From the NCBI GenBank assembly GCA_045536365.1, contig JAZSNL010000016.1:46003-110002 (forward strand): DNA of 64,000 nt, in the 5' to 3' direction. Positions within the stretch are counted from its first letter, which is position 1, and each line of letters starts with the position of its first letter. A program made the translations under genes and the position numbers. The DNA comes from Bacilli bacterium (GTDB lineage Bacteria > Bacillota_I > Bacilli_A > ML615J-28 > CAG-313). Positions 39,548-50,400 of this stretch are shown here, piece by piece. The notes beneath the pieces are model-generated. The model was not told where the DNA came from. It searched no databases and saw only the letters and a program-made list of their open reading frames with translations.

Positions 39548-40315
39548 TTATTCACCTATGAATTCTTTTATATCTTTTATAATTTCTTTTTCTTTATTAA
39601 TATATGAAAAATGGTCTGTTTCATATGCTTTTAAAATACTGTTTTCTATATATTTATACATTTTCACCGCATCTTTATAAGGTGTTATTGTATCATTTAT
39701 TCCCCAAATAATAAGTGTTTTTGTGTTTATTTGTTTTAGGTTTTTTGTTAAATCTTCTTTTACTATTTTAGATAGGGTTTGTTTCATTATAATAGAAGAA
39801 GATTGATAATCTTTACTTCCTGATGTGTTTATTAGTTGATTGTATTTAATGATGTTTTTTGTTAGTTTATAATATTTCTTTTTTATTTTATATTTTAAGG
39901 TCAAAAGAGAGCGTTTTACGGACTTTTTCCTTAATCCAGCACTATTTATTAGGATTAATGATTTAATGTTATTATTTATAGATGCGTATTTAACCGCAAT
40001 TCTTCCACCGAATGAGTGTCCTATTATAATAGGGTTATGAATATTTAAATCACTAATGAATTGATTTAAAAATAACACATAATCATTTAAATCAAATGGA
40101 ATATATGGTTCTGTACTATTTCCAAATCCTATTAAGTCTATTAAATAACATTTATAGTTTAATAATTGATTTGCTATATCATAAAATGTTTCTTTTGACT
40201 GACCCCATCCATGTAGAAATATTATAGGTGGTCCTTCACCTTTTATTTCATAGTTTATATATATATCTTGATAATAATAATCGATAGTATCACCTTCCTT
40301 TAAAATTATATTCAT
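39548..40315 (-). CDS. Alpha/beta hydrolase fold protein (esterase/lipase-like)
   Basis: Nucleophile elbow IIGHSFGG and an HGWGQS oxyanion region; 255 aa. Confidence 0.7.
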   Translation of the reverse strand: MNIILKEGDTIDYYYQDIYINYEIKGEGPPIIFLHGWGQSKETFYDIANQLLNYKCYLIDLIGFGNSTEPYIPFDLNDYVLFLNQFISDLNIHNPIIIGHSFGGRIAVKYASINNNIKSLILINSAGLRKKSVKRSLLTLKYKIKKKYYKLTKNIIKYNQLINTSGSKDYQSSSIIMKQTLSKIVKEDLTKNLKQINTKTLIIWGINDTITPYKDAVKMYKYIENSILKAYETDHFSYINKEKEIIKDIKEFIGE

Positions 40316-40356
40316 TTATTGTTTATTTTATTAATATAATTATATAGGAGGTTTTT

Positions 40357-40995
40357 ATGTATATTAATGATCATTACCCTTTTGATGTTTTACCATTAAA
40401 TTTTAATCCTGGGCTTATGAAGGATTTTTGTAATTGTGGCGTTTTGTATTTTCATCATGATGAGTTATATCGTAAAAGTGTTGAAATGTTAAATTATTTA
40501 TTATGTAATTATCCTGATTTTCATAGTTGGAGTTTAGAAGAGTTAATTTTCAACGATAAGTATTTACCTGAACAAATAAGGTTAGATATTGTTTATTATG
40601 CGGGAAAGGTATATAATCATCAAATATATTTTAATAGTTTATGTAATAATTCTATTTATGATGAATCATTGGATGTTGTAAAACAATTGTGTAAAACATA
40701 TGGAAGTATTGATGAATTTAAAAAGTTGTTTATTGAAATTGTTAATAATTATAAGTATTCGGGATATATATGGGTAGTATGTAATAATCAAAAAGAAGTT
40801 TTTATTTATTCTAGTGATAATGAAGATACTTTAGTAAAAGATAATTTATATCAATTGTTTGGTATTGATTTATGGGAGCATAGTTATATATGTTGTATGA
40901 ATAAAAATGAATATGTTTGTAGTTTTTTAAATCATCTTAATTGGCAATATATTAATTATGAGTATTTAGAAGCCATAAAAAAACTAACCTATTAG
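40357..40995 (+). CDS. Fe/Mn superoxide dismutase family protein, divergent and Cys-rich
   Basis: DVLPLNFNPGL...YFHH corresponds to the SOD N-terminal LPxLPY...HH ligand region. NHQIYFNSL matches NHSIFWTNL and GIDLWEHSYI matches DVWEHAYY (Asp and His metal ligands). The HHxKHH motif is altered to HHDELY. Confidence 0.5.
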   Translation: MYINDHYPFDVLPLNFNPGLMKDFCNCGVLYFHHDELYRKSVEMLNYLLCNYPDFHSWSLEELIFNDKYLPEQIRLDIVYYAGKVYNHQIYFNSLCNNSIYDESLDVVKQLCKTYGSIDEFKKLFIEIVNNYKYSGYIWVVCNNQKEVFIYSSDNEDTLVKDNLYQLFGIDLWEHSYICCMNKNEYVCSFLNHLNWQYINYEYLEAIKKLTY

Positions 40996-41006
40996 GTTAG
41001 TTTTTC

Positions 41007-42419
41007 TTATCCGATAGAATCTTTCATTTCTAATTTAATTAATTGATTTAATTCTACTGCATATTCCATTGGTAATTCTTTTGCAAAAGGTTCGATGAAG
41101 CCCATTACTATCATTTCTGTTGCTTGTTCTTCAGTTAATCCTCTACTCATTAAATAGAATAATTGTTCTTCACTTACTTTTGAAACTGTTGCTTCATGTT
41201 CAATGTATGATGAGTCATTTTCTACTATATTTGTAGGAATAGTATCACTAGTAGATATATCATCAAGAATGATAGTATCACATTCTACGTGTGATTTAGC
41301 TCCTATTGCTTTTTTACCATGTCTTACAAGGCCTCGGTAATTTACTTTACCTCCTCCTCTACAAATTGATTTAGAAATAATTTGACTTGTTGTATTAGGT
41401 GCTAAATGAATCATTTTTGCGCCTGTATCTTGATATTGTCCTTTACCTGCAAATGCTATTGAAATAGTTGTTCCTTTTGCTCCTTCACCAGCAAGGACAC
41501 ATGCAGGATATTTCATATTAATACTTGATCCTATATTACCATCAATCCATTCCATATGTCCTCCTGCTTGAACAAGAGTTCTTTTTGTAACTAAATTAAT
41601 AATATTATTAGACCAGTTTTGTACTGTTGAATAACGACAATATGCATTTTCTTTAACATATATTTCAACTACAGCTGCGTGTAATGAATAAGCTGAATAT
41701 TGAGGTGCTGTACATCCTTCTACGTAATGTACGCTTGCACCTTCATCTACTATTATTAATGTTCTTTCAAATTGTCCCATATTCTCAGTATTAATTCTAA
41801 AGTATGATTGTAATGGTTTTTCTAATTTAACACCTTTAGGTACATATATAAATGAACCACCACTCCATACAGCTGTATTTAATGAAGCAAACATGTTATC
41901 TGTAGTTGGAACTATTTTTGCAAAATATTCTTTAACGATATCAGGATATAATCTAACTGCTGTATCTGTATCACAGAAAAGTACCCCTAATTCTTCTAAT
42001 TCTTTTAAAGTATTATGGTATACAACTTCTGATTCAAATTGTGTAGAAACACCAGCTAAGTATTTTTGTTCTGCTTCACGAATACCTAATTTATCAAATG
42101 TATCTTTAATAGCTTGAGGAACTTTATCCCAATCATTTTCTGTTTTTTTACTTGATTTAATGTAATATATATATTCATCAAAATCTATACTATCTAAACT
42201 AGGTCCAAATGTTGGCCATTTCTTTTCCATGAATGCATGATATGCTTTTAGTCTTATATCTAACATCCAATCAGGTTCATTTTTCATTTTTGAGATTAAT
42301 CGAACTGTATCTTCATTTAATCCTTTACCTGTATCAAAAACATTTTCAACATCAGTGGACCAACCATGTTTATAATCACCAACTATTGTTGATGCATTTG
42401 GTTTATTGTCTTTACTCAT
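41007..42419 (-). CDS. sufB: Fe-S cluster assembly protein SufB
   Basis: 470 aa with strong SufB similarity throughout, including the C-terminal [13 protein letters not shown]. Confidence 0.9.
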   Translation of the reverse strand: MSKDNKPNASTIVGDYKHGWSTDVENVFDTGKGLNEDTVRLISKMKNEPDWMLDIRLKAYHAFMEKKWPTFGPSLDSIDFDEYIYYIKSSKKTENDWDKVPQAIKDTFDKLGIREAEQKYLAGVSTQFESEVVYHNTLKELEELGVLFCDTDTAVRLYPDIVKEYFAKIVPTTDNMFASLNTAVWSGGSFIYVPKGVKLEKPLQSYFRINTENMGQFERTLIIVDEGASVHYVEGCTAPQYSAYSLHAAVVEIYVKENAYCRYSTVQNWSNNIINLVTKRTLVQAGGHMEWIDGNIGSSINMKYPACVLAGEGAKGTTISIAFAGKGQYQDTGAKMIHLAPNTTSQIISKSICRGGGKVNYRGLVRHGKKAIGAKSHVECDTIILDDISTSDTIPTNIVENDSSYIEHEATVSKVSEEQLFYLMSRGLTEEQATEMIVMGFIEPFAKELPMEYAVELNQLIKLEMKDSIG

Positions 42420-42855
42420 CGCTCTTTTCTCCTAGTTCACCATGTAATAACGCGTCTAATGCACGCCAACTAAGTGTTGCGCATTTTGCACGAGGAGGGA
42501 AGTTATGTATATTTATATATACAATAGCTTCTTCTAATTTATCCTCATCTTCTGGAAGATTTCCTTTTATTAATTCATAGAAATCAGTTATAATTTCTTC
42601 TGCTTCTTTTACTGTTTTACCAATTAATGTTTCGCTCATAACTGATGCTGATGAACAACAGATTGCGCATCCTGATCCTTCATGTCTGATATCAGTTATT
42701 ATTCCATTTTCTAATTTTGCTTGAACTGTTATATCATCACCACAAGAAGGATTTTTAAATCTTAATGTAGCATATCCTTCTTTTAATCCTTTGTTACGAG
42801 GATATTTACTATGTTCTTTTATTACTTGTCCGTATAATTCTGATATTTGGCTCAT
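42412..42855 (-). CDS. sufU: Fe-S cluster assembly scaffold SufU (IscU/NifU-like)
   Basis: Conserved Cys triad (CGD, GCAIC context); 147 aa. Confidence 0.85.
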   Translation of the reverse strand: MSQISELYGQVIKEHSKYPRNKGLKEGYATLRFKNPSCGDDITVQAKLENGIITDIRHEGSGCAICCSSASVMSETLIGKTVKEAEEIITDFYELIKGNLPEDEDKLEEAIVYINIHNFPPRAKCATLSWRALDALLHGELGEKSDE

Positions 42856-42856
42856 A

Positions 42857-44068
42857 TTACCACTCCTTGAAATATTCTGCAGCTTCTTTGCAGATACTTA
42901 CAAATTTATCGATATCTTCTTTTGTATTATATACATATACACATGCACGTAATGTACCTAGTTGTTCTAACCATTTAGTTATTAATTGTGCACAATGATG
43001 TCCAGCTCTTAAAGCTACATTAGCTTGATCAAAGAATGTTGCAGCATCATGAGGATGTGCATCATATATATTAAAACTAATTACTCCTGTATCAGCATAA
43101 GGATTAAATATTTTAATTCCTTCAATCTTGCTTAATTGTTCTAAACAATATTCATGTAATAATTTTTCGTGTTCTTGAATAGTTTCATATCCTATTGAAT
43201 CAATGTATCTAATTGCTTCTTTAAATGCAATTGCTTCTGCAATAGGAGGTGTACCTGTTTCAAATTTATAAGGTGCATCTTTATATTCTGAATCATATTT
43301 TTCAACAAAATCATTCATGTCACCACCGAATTCAATCGGATTCATTTTTTGTAGTAATTTATATTTACCATAAAGAATACCAAATCCAGTAGGACCAAAC
43401 ATTTTATGAGCAGAGAATGCAAGGAAATCGGCATCGATTTTCTTGACATCTATTTTCATATGAGGTACAGCTTGTGCCGCATCAACTATTACTACTGCAT
43501 TTTTTTCATGAGCCAATTTAATTATTTCTTCAATAGGAGTAATATAACCCATTACATTTGATACATATGTTACTGCAACAACTTTTGTTTTATCAGTTAA
43601 TACTTTTTTAAATGCATCAACTGTAATTCTGCCTGTACTATCTAATTCTATATATTTTAATACTGCTTTTTTAACTTTTGCAATATGTTGCCAAGGTAAT
43701 AGATTACTATGGTGTTCAAGTTCTGAAACGATTATTTCATCACCTTCATTAATATTATCCATTCCGTAGCTCATCGCAACTAAATTTAATCCGTTACTTG
43801 CGCCTTTTGTATAAACTACTTCGTTTGTTTTTGCGTTTATGAATTTAGCTACTATTTCTCTTGTTTCTTCATATTCTTCTGTTGCGTGATAGCTTAATCC
43901 ATAAACTCCACGGTTTACATTTACACCATATTTTTGATAATATTCATTTAATTTATCTATTACGCATTGTGGTTTTAAAGAAGTAGCACATGTATCTAGA
44001 TATACTAGTGATGGATTATTAATTAAAACTGGAAAATCTTTTTTAAGATTTAAATCATATTTTTTCAT
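42857..44068 (-). CDS. sufS: Cysteine desulfurase SufS
   Basis: PLP-lysine context SAHKMFGPTGFGILYGK and the catalytic RAGHHCAQ loop; 403 aa. Confidence 0.9.
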   Translation of the reverse strand: MKKYDLNLKKDFPVLINNPSLVYLDTCATSLKPQCVIDKLNEYYQKYGVNVNRGVYGLSYHATEEYEETREIVAKFINAKTNEVVYTKGASNGLNLVAMSYGMDNINEGDEIIVSELEHHSNLLPWQHIAKVKKAVLKYIELDSTGRITVDAFKKVLTDKTKVVAVTYVSNVMGYITPIEEIIKLAHEKNAVVIVDAAQAVPHMKIDVKKIDADFLAFSAHKMFGPTGFGILYGKYKLLQKMNPIEFGGDMNDFVEKYDSEYKDAPYKFETGTPPIAEAIAFKEAIRYIDSIGYETIQEHEKLLHEYCLEQLSKIEGIKIFNPYADTGVISFNIYDAHPHDAATFFDQANVALRAGHHCAQLITKWLEQLGTLRACVYVYNTKEDIDKFVSICKEAAEYFKEW

Positions 44069-44086
44069 ATGCTCCTCCTTTTTATT

Positions 44087-44860
44087 TTATAGTGCTTTTA
44101 AAATTGAATTTGTAATTTGTTCTTTGATTTGTTCATCTTTAATACAATCAAGTAAAGGTTGAATATAGCTCATTGTCATCATTTTAGATGCTTCTGATTC
44201 ACTTATACCTCTACTCATTAAATAGAACATATCTTCTTGATTTAATGAACCGATAGCTGCACTATGGCTTGCGGTTACATCATATTCGTCAATAAATAGA
44301 TTTGGTTGTGCTTTAATTGCTGCATTTTTACCAATCGTTAATCCCTTTGACATTTGTCTCGCATCAGATCCTGATGCTTTTTGTTTTATTGTTCCATTGT
44401 TATCTAAATTGATTTTGCTTTCATCTTCTGCTATTGCGTAGTTTTCAATTAAACTTGTTGTATGTTTAACGGGATGATATATTTCTACTTTATTATTAAT
44501 AATACCTTTTTCTCTACTAATAATAACATTAACTATATGACAATTAGAACCTATGCCTTCTAATATTATTTCTTGATTAAAATTAATTGTTTGATTTGAT
44601 AATATAACGTTATATATATTTAATGTTGCGTTTGTATTAAGATATGCTTTTATAATACAATTGGTATTGGCAAAATCATTAAATGTTAATAAATTTGTTA
44701 CTGAATTTTCATTTAATTCAAGGTTATATAAACTTTCTTTTTGATTTAATATTTTATATATATTTGTATTTATATTATCTTTTACATTAATAGTTAATTG
44801 ATTATTATCGATATGAAGATATTGTTCACTACTTTTATTAATCTCCATTTTATTAATCAT
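44087..44860 (-). CDS. sufD: Fe-S cluster assembly protein SufD (short form)
   Basis: C-terminal FYLMSRGISESEA SufB/D signature, between sufC and sufS; 257 aa. Confidence 0.7.
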   Translation of the reverse strand: MINKMEINKSSEQYLHIDNNQLTINVKDNINTNIYKILNQKESLYNLELNENSVTNLLTFNDFANTNCIIKAYLNTNATLNIYNVILSNQTINFNQEIILEGIGSNCHIVNVIISREKGIINNKVEIYHPVKHTTSLIENYAIAEDESKINLDNNGTIKQKASGSDARQMSKGLTIGKNAAIKAQPNLFIDEYDVTASHSAAIGSLNQEDMFYLMSRGISESEASKMMTMSYIQPLLDCIKDEQIKEQITNSILKAL

Positions 44861-44862
44861 AA

Positions 44863-45681
44863 CTATTTAATCTCTTCCTTAACTGCACAAGTGCCTAATA
44901 TTCTTGCTTTAGAAGGTTCTTCATCTTCTTCAATGCCTAGTTCTTCTTTAATCCAGTCATAGCCTAGTTCATCTACTTTTTGAATTAACTCTAAACCACC
45001 ACTTTTTACGACTTGTCCGTTCATTAAAATATGTACTTTATCTACACTTAAATAATCTAATAATCTTTCGTAGTGAGTAATTATTAATGCTCCAAAGTCT
45101 TCTGATTTCATTGCGTTAACATTTTCTCCTACTATTCTTAAAGCGTCAACGTCTAAGCCTGAATCAATTTCATCTAGTAAAGCAAATTTTGGTTTTAATA
45201 GTTTCATTTGAAGAATTTCGTTTCTTTTCTTTTCTCCTCCTGAAAAACCTTCGTTAACATAACGATGTGGAAGATCTGGATTCATTTTTAATTCAGATAC
45301 TGCTTTATCTAATGATTTAATAAATTTAAATAATGATATTCTTTCTCCTTCAGCTAATCTTGCTTGAAGAGCTGTTTTAATAAAATCTGAATTTGTTACT
45401 CCACTTATTTCACTTGGATATTGCATCGCAAGGAATAATCCTTTTCTGCTTCTTTCATCAACTGACATTTTTAATACATCTTCACCATCAAGTAAAATTT
45501 GTCCTTCAGTTACTTGATATTTATAATGTCCCATAATTGTAGAAGCAAGTGTAGATTTTCCTGTTCCATTTGGACCCATAATTACATGGAATTCGCCTGT
45601 ATTTAGTTCTAAATTTACGCCTTTTAATATTTCTTTTCCTTCAACACTTACGTGTAAATTAATAATTTGTAATTTTGACAT
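44863..45681 (-). CDS. sufC: Fe-S cluster assembly ATPase SufC
   Basis: Walker A GPNGTGKST, ABC signature FSGGEKKR; 272 aa. Confidence 0.9.
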   Translation of the reverse strand: MSKLQIINLHVSVEGKEILKGVNLELNTGEFHVIMGPNGTGKSTLASTIMGHYKYQVTEGQILLDGEDVLKMSVDERSRKGLFLAMQYPSEISGVTNSDFIKTALQARLAEGERISLFKFIKSLDKAVSELKMNPDLPHRYVNEGFSGGEKKRNEILQMKLLKPKFALLDEIDSGLDVDALRIVGENVNAMKSEDFGALIITHYERLLDYLSVDKVHILMNGQVVKSGGLELIQKVDELGYDWIKEELGIEEDEEPSKARILGTCAVKEEIK

Positions 45682-45692
45682 ATATACCTCTT

Positions 45693-46508
45693 CTAAGCTA
45701 ATTGTATATTTTTACCTACTTCTAAGAATAAAGCTACTGCTTCACCATCTCTTAGAACGATTATTGCGCCTTCAGCAAATTCGATTGCCTCATCTAAGCT
45801 TGTTTGTTTTCTTTCACCTATACATATCCAACCTTGTTTTGAATCGTAATATGTATCTGCTCTTTTTAAGATTTGGATTATTTCTTTTTTATTTGGTTTA
45901 TGATCTCCTAAATCAACAGTTAAATTTCCTTTTATTGTGTTAGGTAATTTAAATTTTTTAGGATACCATATTGAGCACGGAAATACACCTGATGGGTATA
46001 GTACTTCAAGTGTATCAAAATCTACTTCTACACCACCAAATGTTATTCCAAATGAAATTAATAAATTTTGTAATTCATGTTCTTTTATCATACATTTATC
46101 ATAATTAAATGTTACTTTTTGATCAAGTTGATTACATGGTTCATAATTAAACCTAACCTTAACATCTAATTCTGATACGGGATGAAAGTTTTTATATCTA
46201 GCTGTATATTTAACTATAATATCAGTTTCTTTTTGATAATTATAGATTTGTTTAACATTTCTTTTTTTAGAAAAATAACTCATATACCAACTACTTAGAG
46301 GAAACATGATTAGAATGAATATTGATAAAGCTGTATATGCGGGAGAAAATGATTTATTTATAGTAAATATAATAACAAATACTAATAGTATTACAGAAAA
46401 TATTGTATTTATTATTGGCATTACTATTCTTGGTTTATTTTCTTTTAGTGTTTTATCAAAGTCTTTTGGGCTATTATATTTATTCATTTTACAGTCCTCC
46501 TTTTTCAA
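45693..46508 (-). CDS. Hypothetical membrane protein (271 aa)
   Basis: ORF with two N-terminal TM helices and no recognisable domain. Confidence 0.45.
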   Translation of the reverse strand: MKKEDCKMNKYNSPKDFDKTLKENKPRIVMPIINTIFSVILLVFVIIFTINKSFSPAYTALSIFILIMFPLSSWYMSYFSKKRNVKQIYNYQKETDIIVKYTARYKNFHPVSELDVKVRFNYEPCNQLDQKVTFNYDKCMIKEHELQNLLISFGITFGGVEVDFDTLEVLYPSGVFPCSIWYPKKFKLPNTIKGNLTVDLGDHKPNKKEIIQILKRADTYYDSKQGWICIGERKQTSLDEAIEFAEGAIIVLRDGEAVALFLEVGKNIQLA

Positions 46509-46546
46509 TTACTTATTATACCACTTTTTGCCTATTTAATCAAATA

Positions 46547-46576
46547 AAAAGTCATAACATAATTGTTATGACTTTT
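46547..46576 (-). terminator. Terminator downstream of the small lipoprotein gene
   Basis: 13-bp stem aaaagtcataaca / tgttatgactttt with loop taat. Confidence 0.5.
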
Positions 46577-46580
46577 TTTG

Positions 46581-46907
46581 TTATTCTTCTTCGATTTCGT
46601 ATTCTTTATATGAAGCAGATTTTGCAACTCCATCCTCAATTAGAATTGTTAATATTTTTTTAACATTACCTTTTTCTTCTGTTAAAGTAATAAATCCACC
46701 TCTATGGCCAAATGCTTCTATAGTAGCATCTTCAGCTTCATCGCCTAAATCTTTCATTACTTTTTCGTAAGTAACCCATTTCTTTTGTTCAGCTTTTTCG
46801 TTGATTTTGTCAGCGTATTTTTGATTACATTTGCTGCAACCAGTTAAGAAAGTAACGCTTAAAACAACTACTAATACTAAAGATAAAACTTTAATAAATT
46901 TTTTCAT
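46581..46907 (-). CDS. Small secreted lipoprotein (108 aa)
   Basis: Signal peptide with lipobox LTGCSKC. Shares the motif YEKVMKDLGDEAED with the next gene. Confidence 0.6.
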   Translation of the reverse strand: MKKFIKVLSLVLVVVLSVTFLTGCSKCNQKYADKINEKAEQKKWVTYEKVMKDLGDEAEDATIEAFGHRGGFITLTEEKGNVKKILTILIEDGVAKSASYKEYEIEEE

Positions 46908-46988
46908 TTTAAATTTCCTCCCTTGTTAAAGTATTACTATTATAATACTTTTATGTTTTTTTTGCAAGATAATAATCTTTGAAAAAAT

Positions 46989-47011
46989 AAAAAGGCTGAG
47001 TAATCAGCCTT
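46989..47011. terminator. Bidirectional hairpin terminator
   Basis: aaaaaggctga gtaa tcagccttttt with T- and A-runs on either side. Confidence 0.55.
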
Positions 47012-47014
47012 TTT

Positions 47015-47398
47015 TTATTTTTCCTGAGGATTTCTAAAATCATACCAATAACCATCATTACGATTTATCATATTATCTCCAACGAAGCTAATTCTAATAT
47101 AATAGATTTCTTTACCTTTTTCTATTTTCTTATCTGCATCTTCGATATTTTTTGCGCCTTTAAACCAATAGTAATCTATACCACCTGCTAATTTTTTCAT
47201 ATCATCAGGTTCACCTAATAGTTTAACAACTTCTTCGTATGACATTGTTTTTTTAATAGTATCAAAATTTTTAGGATTAACTTTTGTATTAGTTACTATT
47301 ATTCCAACTACAACACCTACAAGTAGTAAGGCTATTATTGTTTCAAATATAATGAAGGTTTTATTAGATTTTTTATTTTGATTTTTATTTTGTTTCAT
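47015..47398 (-). CDS. Membrane-anchored small protein (127 aa), paralog of 46581..46907
   Basis: N-terminal TM anchor. SYEEVVKLLGEPDD is homologous to the neighbouring lipoprotein. Confidence 0.55.
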   Translation of the reverse strand: MKQNKNQNKKSNKTFIIFETIIALLLVGVVVGIIVTNTKVNPKNFDTIKKTMSYEEVVKLLGEPDDMKKLAGGIDYYWFKGAKNIEDADKKIEKGKEIYYIRISFVGDNMINRNDGYWYDFRNPQEK

Positions 47399-47413
47399 TA
47401 TCTTCCCTATAGA

Positions 47414-50400
47414 TTATAAAGAGTAATCCATTGATAAGTATCTCTTATACATCTTATAACGTCTTTGAGCTTCTTCTTTATTTTTCTTTAATAATTCTTC
47501 AGCAGCTGCAGGGTTGATATTCTTTAATTGAGCGTAACGTGTTTCACTCATTAAGTATTCATCATATAAGTCCCAATTTGGTTCTTTAGAATCGATTTGT
47601 AATGGATTTTGACCAACTTCAGCAAGACGAGGGTCGAATCTTAATAATGTCCAGTAACCACATTCAACAGCAAGTTTAGCTTGTTCTTGAGATTTACCCA
47701 TACCACGTCTTAAACCATGGTTAATACATGGAGAGTAAGCGATAACGATAGATGGTCCTGGATATGCTTCTGCTTCACGCATAGCTTTTAATAATTGTAA
47801 TTGGCTAGCACCGTGTGAAACATATGCAACATATACATGTCCATAACTCATAGCGATTGCAGCTAAGTCTTTCTTCTTACCGTTTTTACCAGCAGCTGTA
47901 AATTTAGCAATTGAAGCTGTTGGACTTGATTTAGAAGATTGACCACCTGTATTTGAGTAAACTTCTGTATCTAATACTAAGATATTAATATCTTCTTGGT
48001 TTGCGATAACATGGTCTAAGCCTCCGTAACCGATGTCATATGCCCATCCGTCACCACCAAGAATCCATTGAGAACGTTTAACTAAATGATCTTTTAATCC
48101 TAATAATTTTTGTGCTCTTTCGCTTCCGCATTTTTCTAATAATGGTAATAATTCATCACGTACTTCTTTAGTAGCTTGATAATCATTTCTGTTTTCTAAC
48201 CATTTTGTGAATAAGCCAGCAACTTGTTCAGAACAGCATCCTTCAGCTAATGCTTCTTCCATGATAGTAGCGATTTGATCTCTTAATGCAAGAGAAGCAA
48301 CTTTCATACCGAAACCGAATTCTGCGTTATCTTCGAATAAAGAGTTAGCCCAAGCTGGACCTTTACCTTCATTATTAGTTGTATAAGGAGTAGCAGGATA
48401 ACTACCACCATAGATTGAAGAACAACCTGTAGCGTTAGCAACTACCATATGATCACCGAATAATTGAGTGATTAATTTAACATAAGGAGTTTCTCCACAT
48501 CCACCGCATGCACCAGAGAATTCAAATAAAGGTTGTGCAAATTGGCTGTTTTTAGGATTTGCCATCTTATCAACTAAGAAGTCTTTATAAGATACTCCGT
48601 TAAAGAAGTATTTAGCAATTTTTTCTTGTTTATTATCAAGAGCTTCAGCGATAGGAACCATCTTAAGTGCTTTTTCGCCTTTCTTACCAGGACAAGTATT
48701 AACACAAACTTCACAACCAGTACAGTCTAATGTAGAAATTTGGATTGAATATTTTAATCCTTCGAAGCCTTTACCAATAGGGTTAATAACTACTGTGCCT
48801 TCAGGAGCGTTAGCCATTTCTTCTTCTGTTGCAAGGAATGGTCTAATTACAGCATGAGGACATACGAATGAACATTGGTTACATTGAATACAGTTTTCAC
48901 TAATCCATGTAGGAACGAAGTTAGCAGTTCCACGTTTTTCATGAGCTGCAGCACCATTAGGCATAGTACCATCTTCATAACCATTGAATGCAGAAACAGG
49001 TAAATCATAACCTTTAATTGCGTTAATAGGATCAGCGATTGTCTTAACGAAATGAGGACGAGATTCATCAACAGCTTTAACTTCTGCTTCTAAGTTAGCC
49101 CATTCAGCTTTAACTTCAACTTCTTGTAAACCTTCAGCACCTTTATCGATTGCATTGTAGTTTAATTGAACGATATGTTCACCTTTTTTACCATAAGTTT
49201 TAGCAGCATATTTCTTCATTAAATCTTGAGCTTCTGAATAAGGCATAATTTGTTCATTTAATTTGAAGAATGCAGATTGTAAAATAGTATTAGTACGTCC
49301 GCCTAATCCGATTTCACGTGCTAAGCTTACTGCATCGATAATATAGAATTTAGCATGTTTTTCAGCTAATTGTTTTTTGAATGAATTTGGTAAATGTTCT
49401 TCTAATTCTTCTGCTGATCTAACAGTATTTAGTAAGAATACACCACCATCTTTTAAACAACTTAACATATCATATTTTTCAACATATGATTCTAAACTAC
49501 AGCTTACGAAGTCAGCTTGGTTAACTAAATAAGGAGCGTTAATTGGTTTAGGACCAAAACGTAAGTGAGAACGAGTTACGCCACCACTCTTCTTAGAGTC
49601 ATAAGCGAAATATGCTTGTGCATATTGATCAGTATTATCACCAATGATTTTAATAGTGTTTTTGTTTGCACCAACAGTACCATCACTACCTAAACCATAG
49701 AATACTAATTCAGATGTACCTTCTAATAATTTGATTTCTTTTCCAACAGGAATACTTAAATGAGTAACATCATCTTCGATACCTACTGTGAATGAATCAA
49801 ATGCAGCACCTACTAAATGATCAAATACAGCAATCATTTGAGCTGGTGTAGTATCTTTACTAGAAAGACCATATCTACCACCGATAATTAATGGAGCATT
49901 TTCTTTTCCATAGTATGCACTCTTAACATCTAAGTATAGAGGTTCACCGATTGAACCAGGTTCTTTAGTACGGTCTAATACAGCAATTTTTTGAACTGTA
50001 GAAGGCATTACTTTGAATAAATATTCAGTTGAGAATGGACGATATAAGTGAACAGTAACACAACCAACTTTGCGTCCATTAGCGTTTAAATAATCAACAA
50101 CTTGTTTAATAGTTTCAGTAACAGAACCCATAGCGATAACAACTTCTGTTGCATCTTCAGCACCATAGTATACAAATGGAGCATAATTTCTTCCTGTAAC
50201 TTCACTAATTTTAGCCATATAATCTGCAACTACTGCAGGTACAGCGTCGTAATATTTATTTTGAGCTTCTCTAGTTTGGAAATAAACGTCATCATTTTGA
50301 GCAGAACCACGAGTAACAGGGTGTTCAAATGATAAAGCACGTTTTCTAAAGTTTTCAACAGCTTCACGATCTAATAATTTATCAAATACTTCGTAATCCA

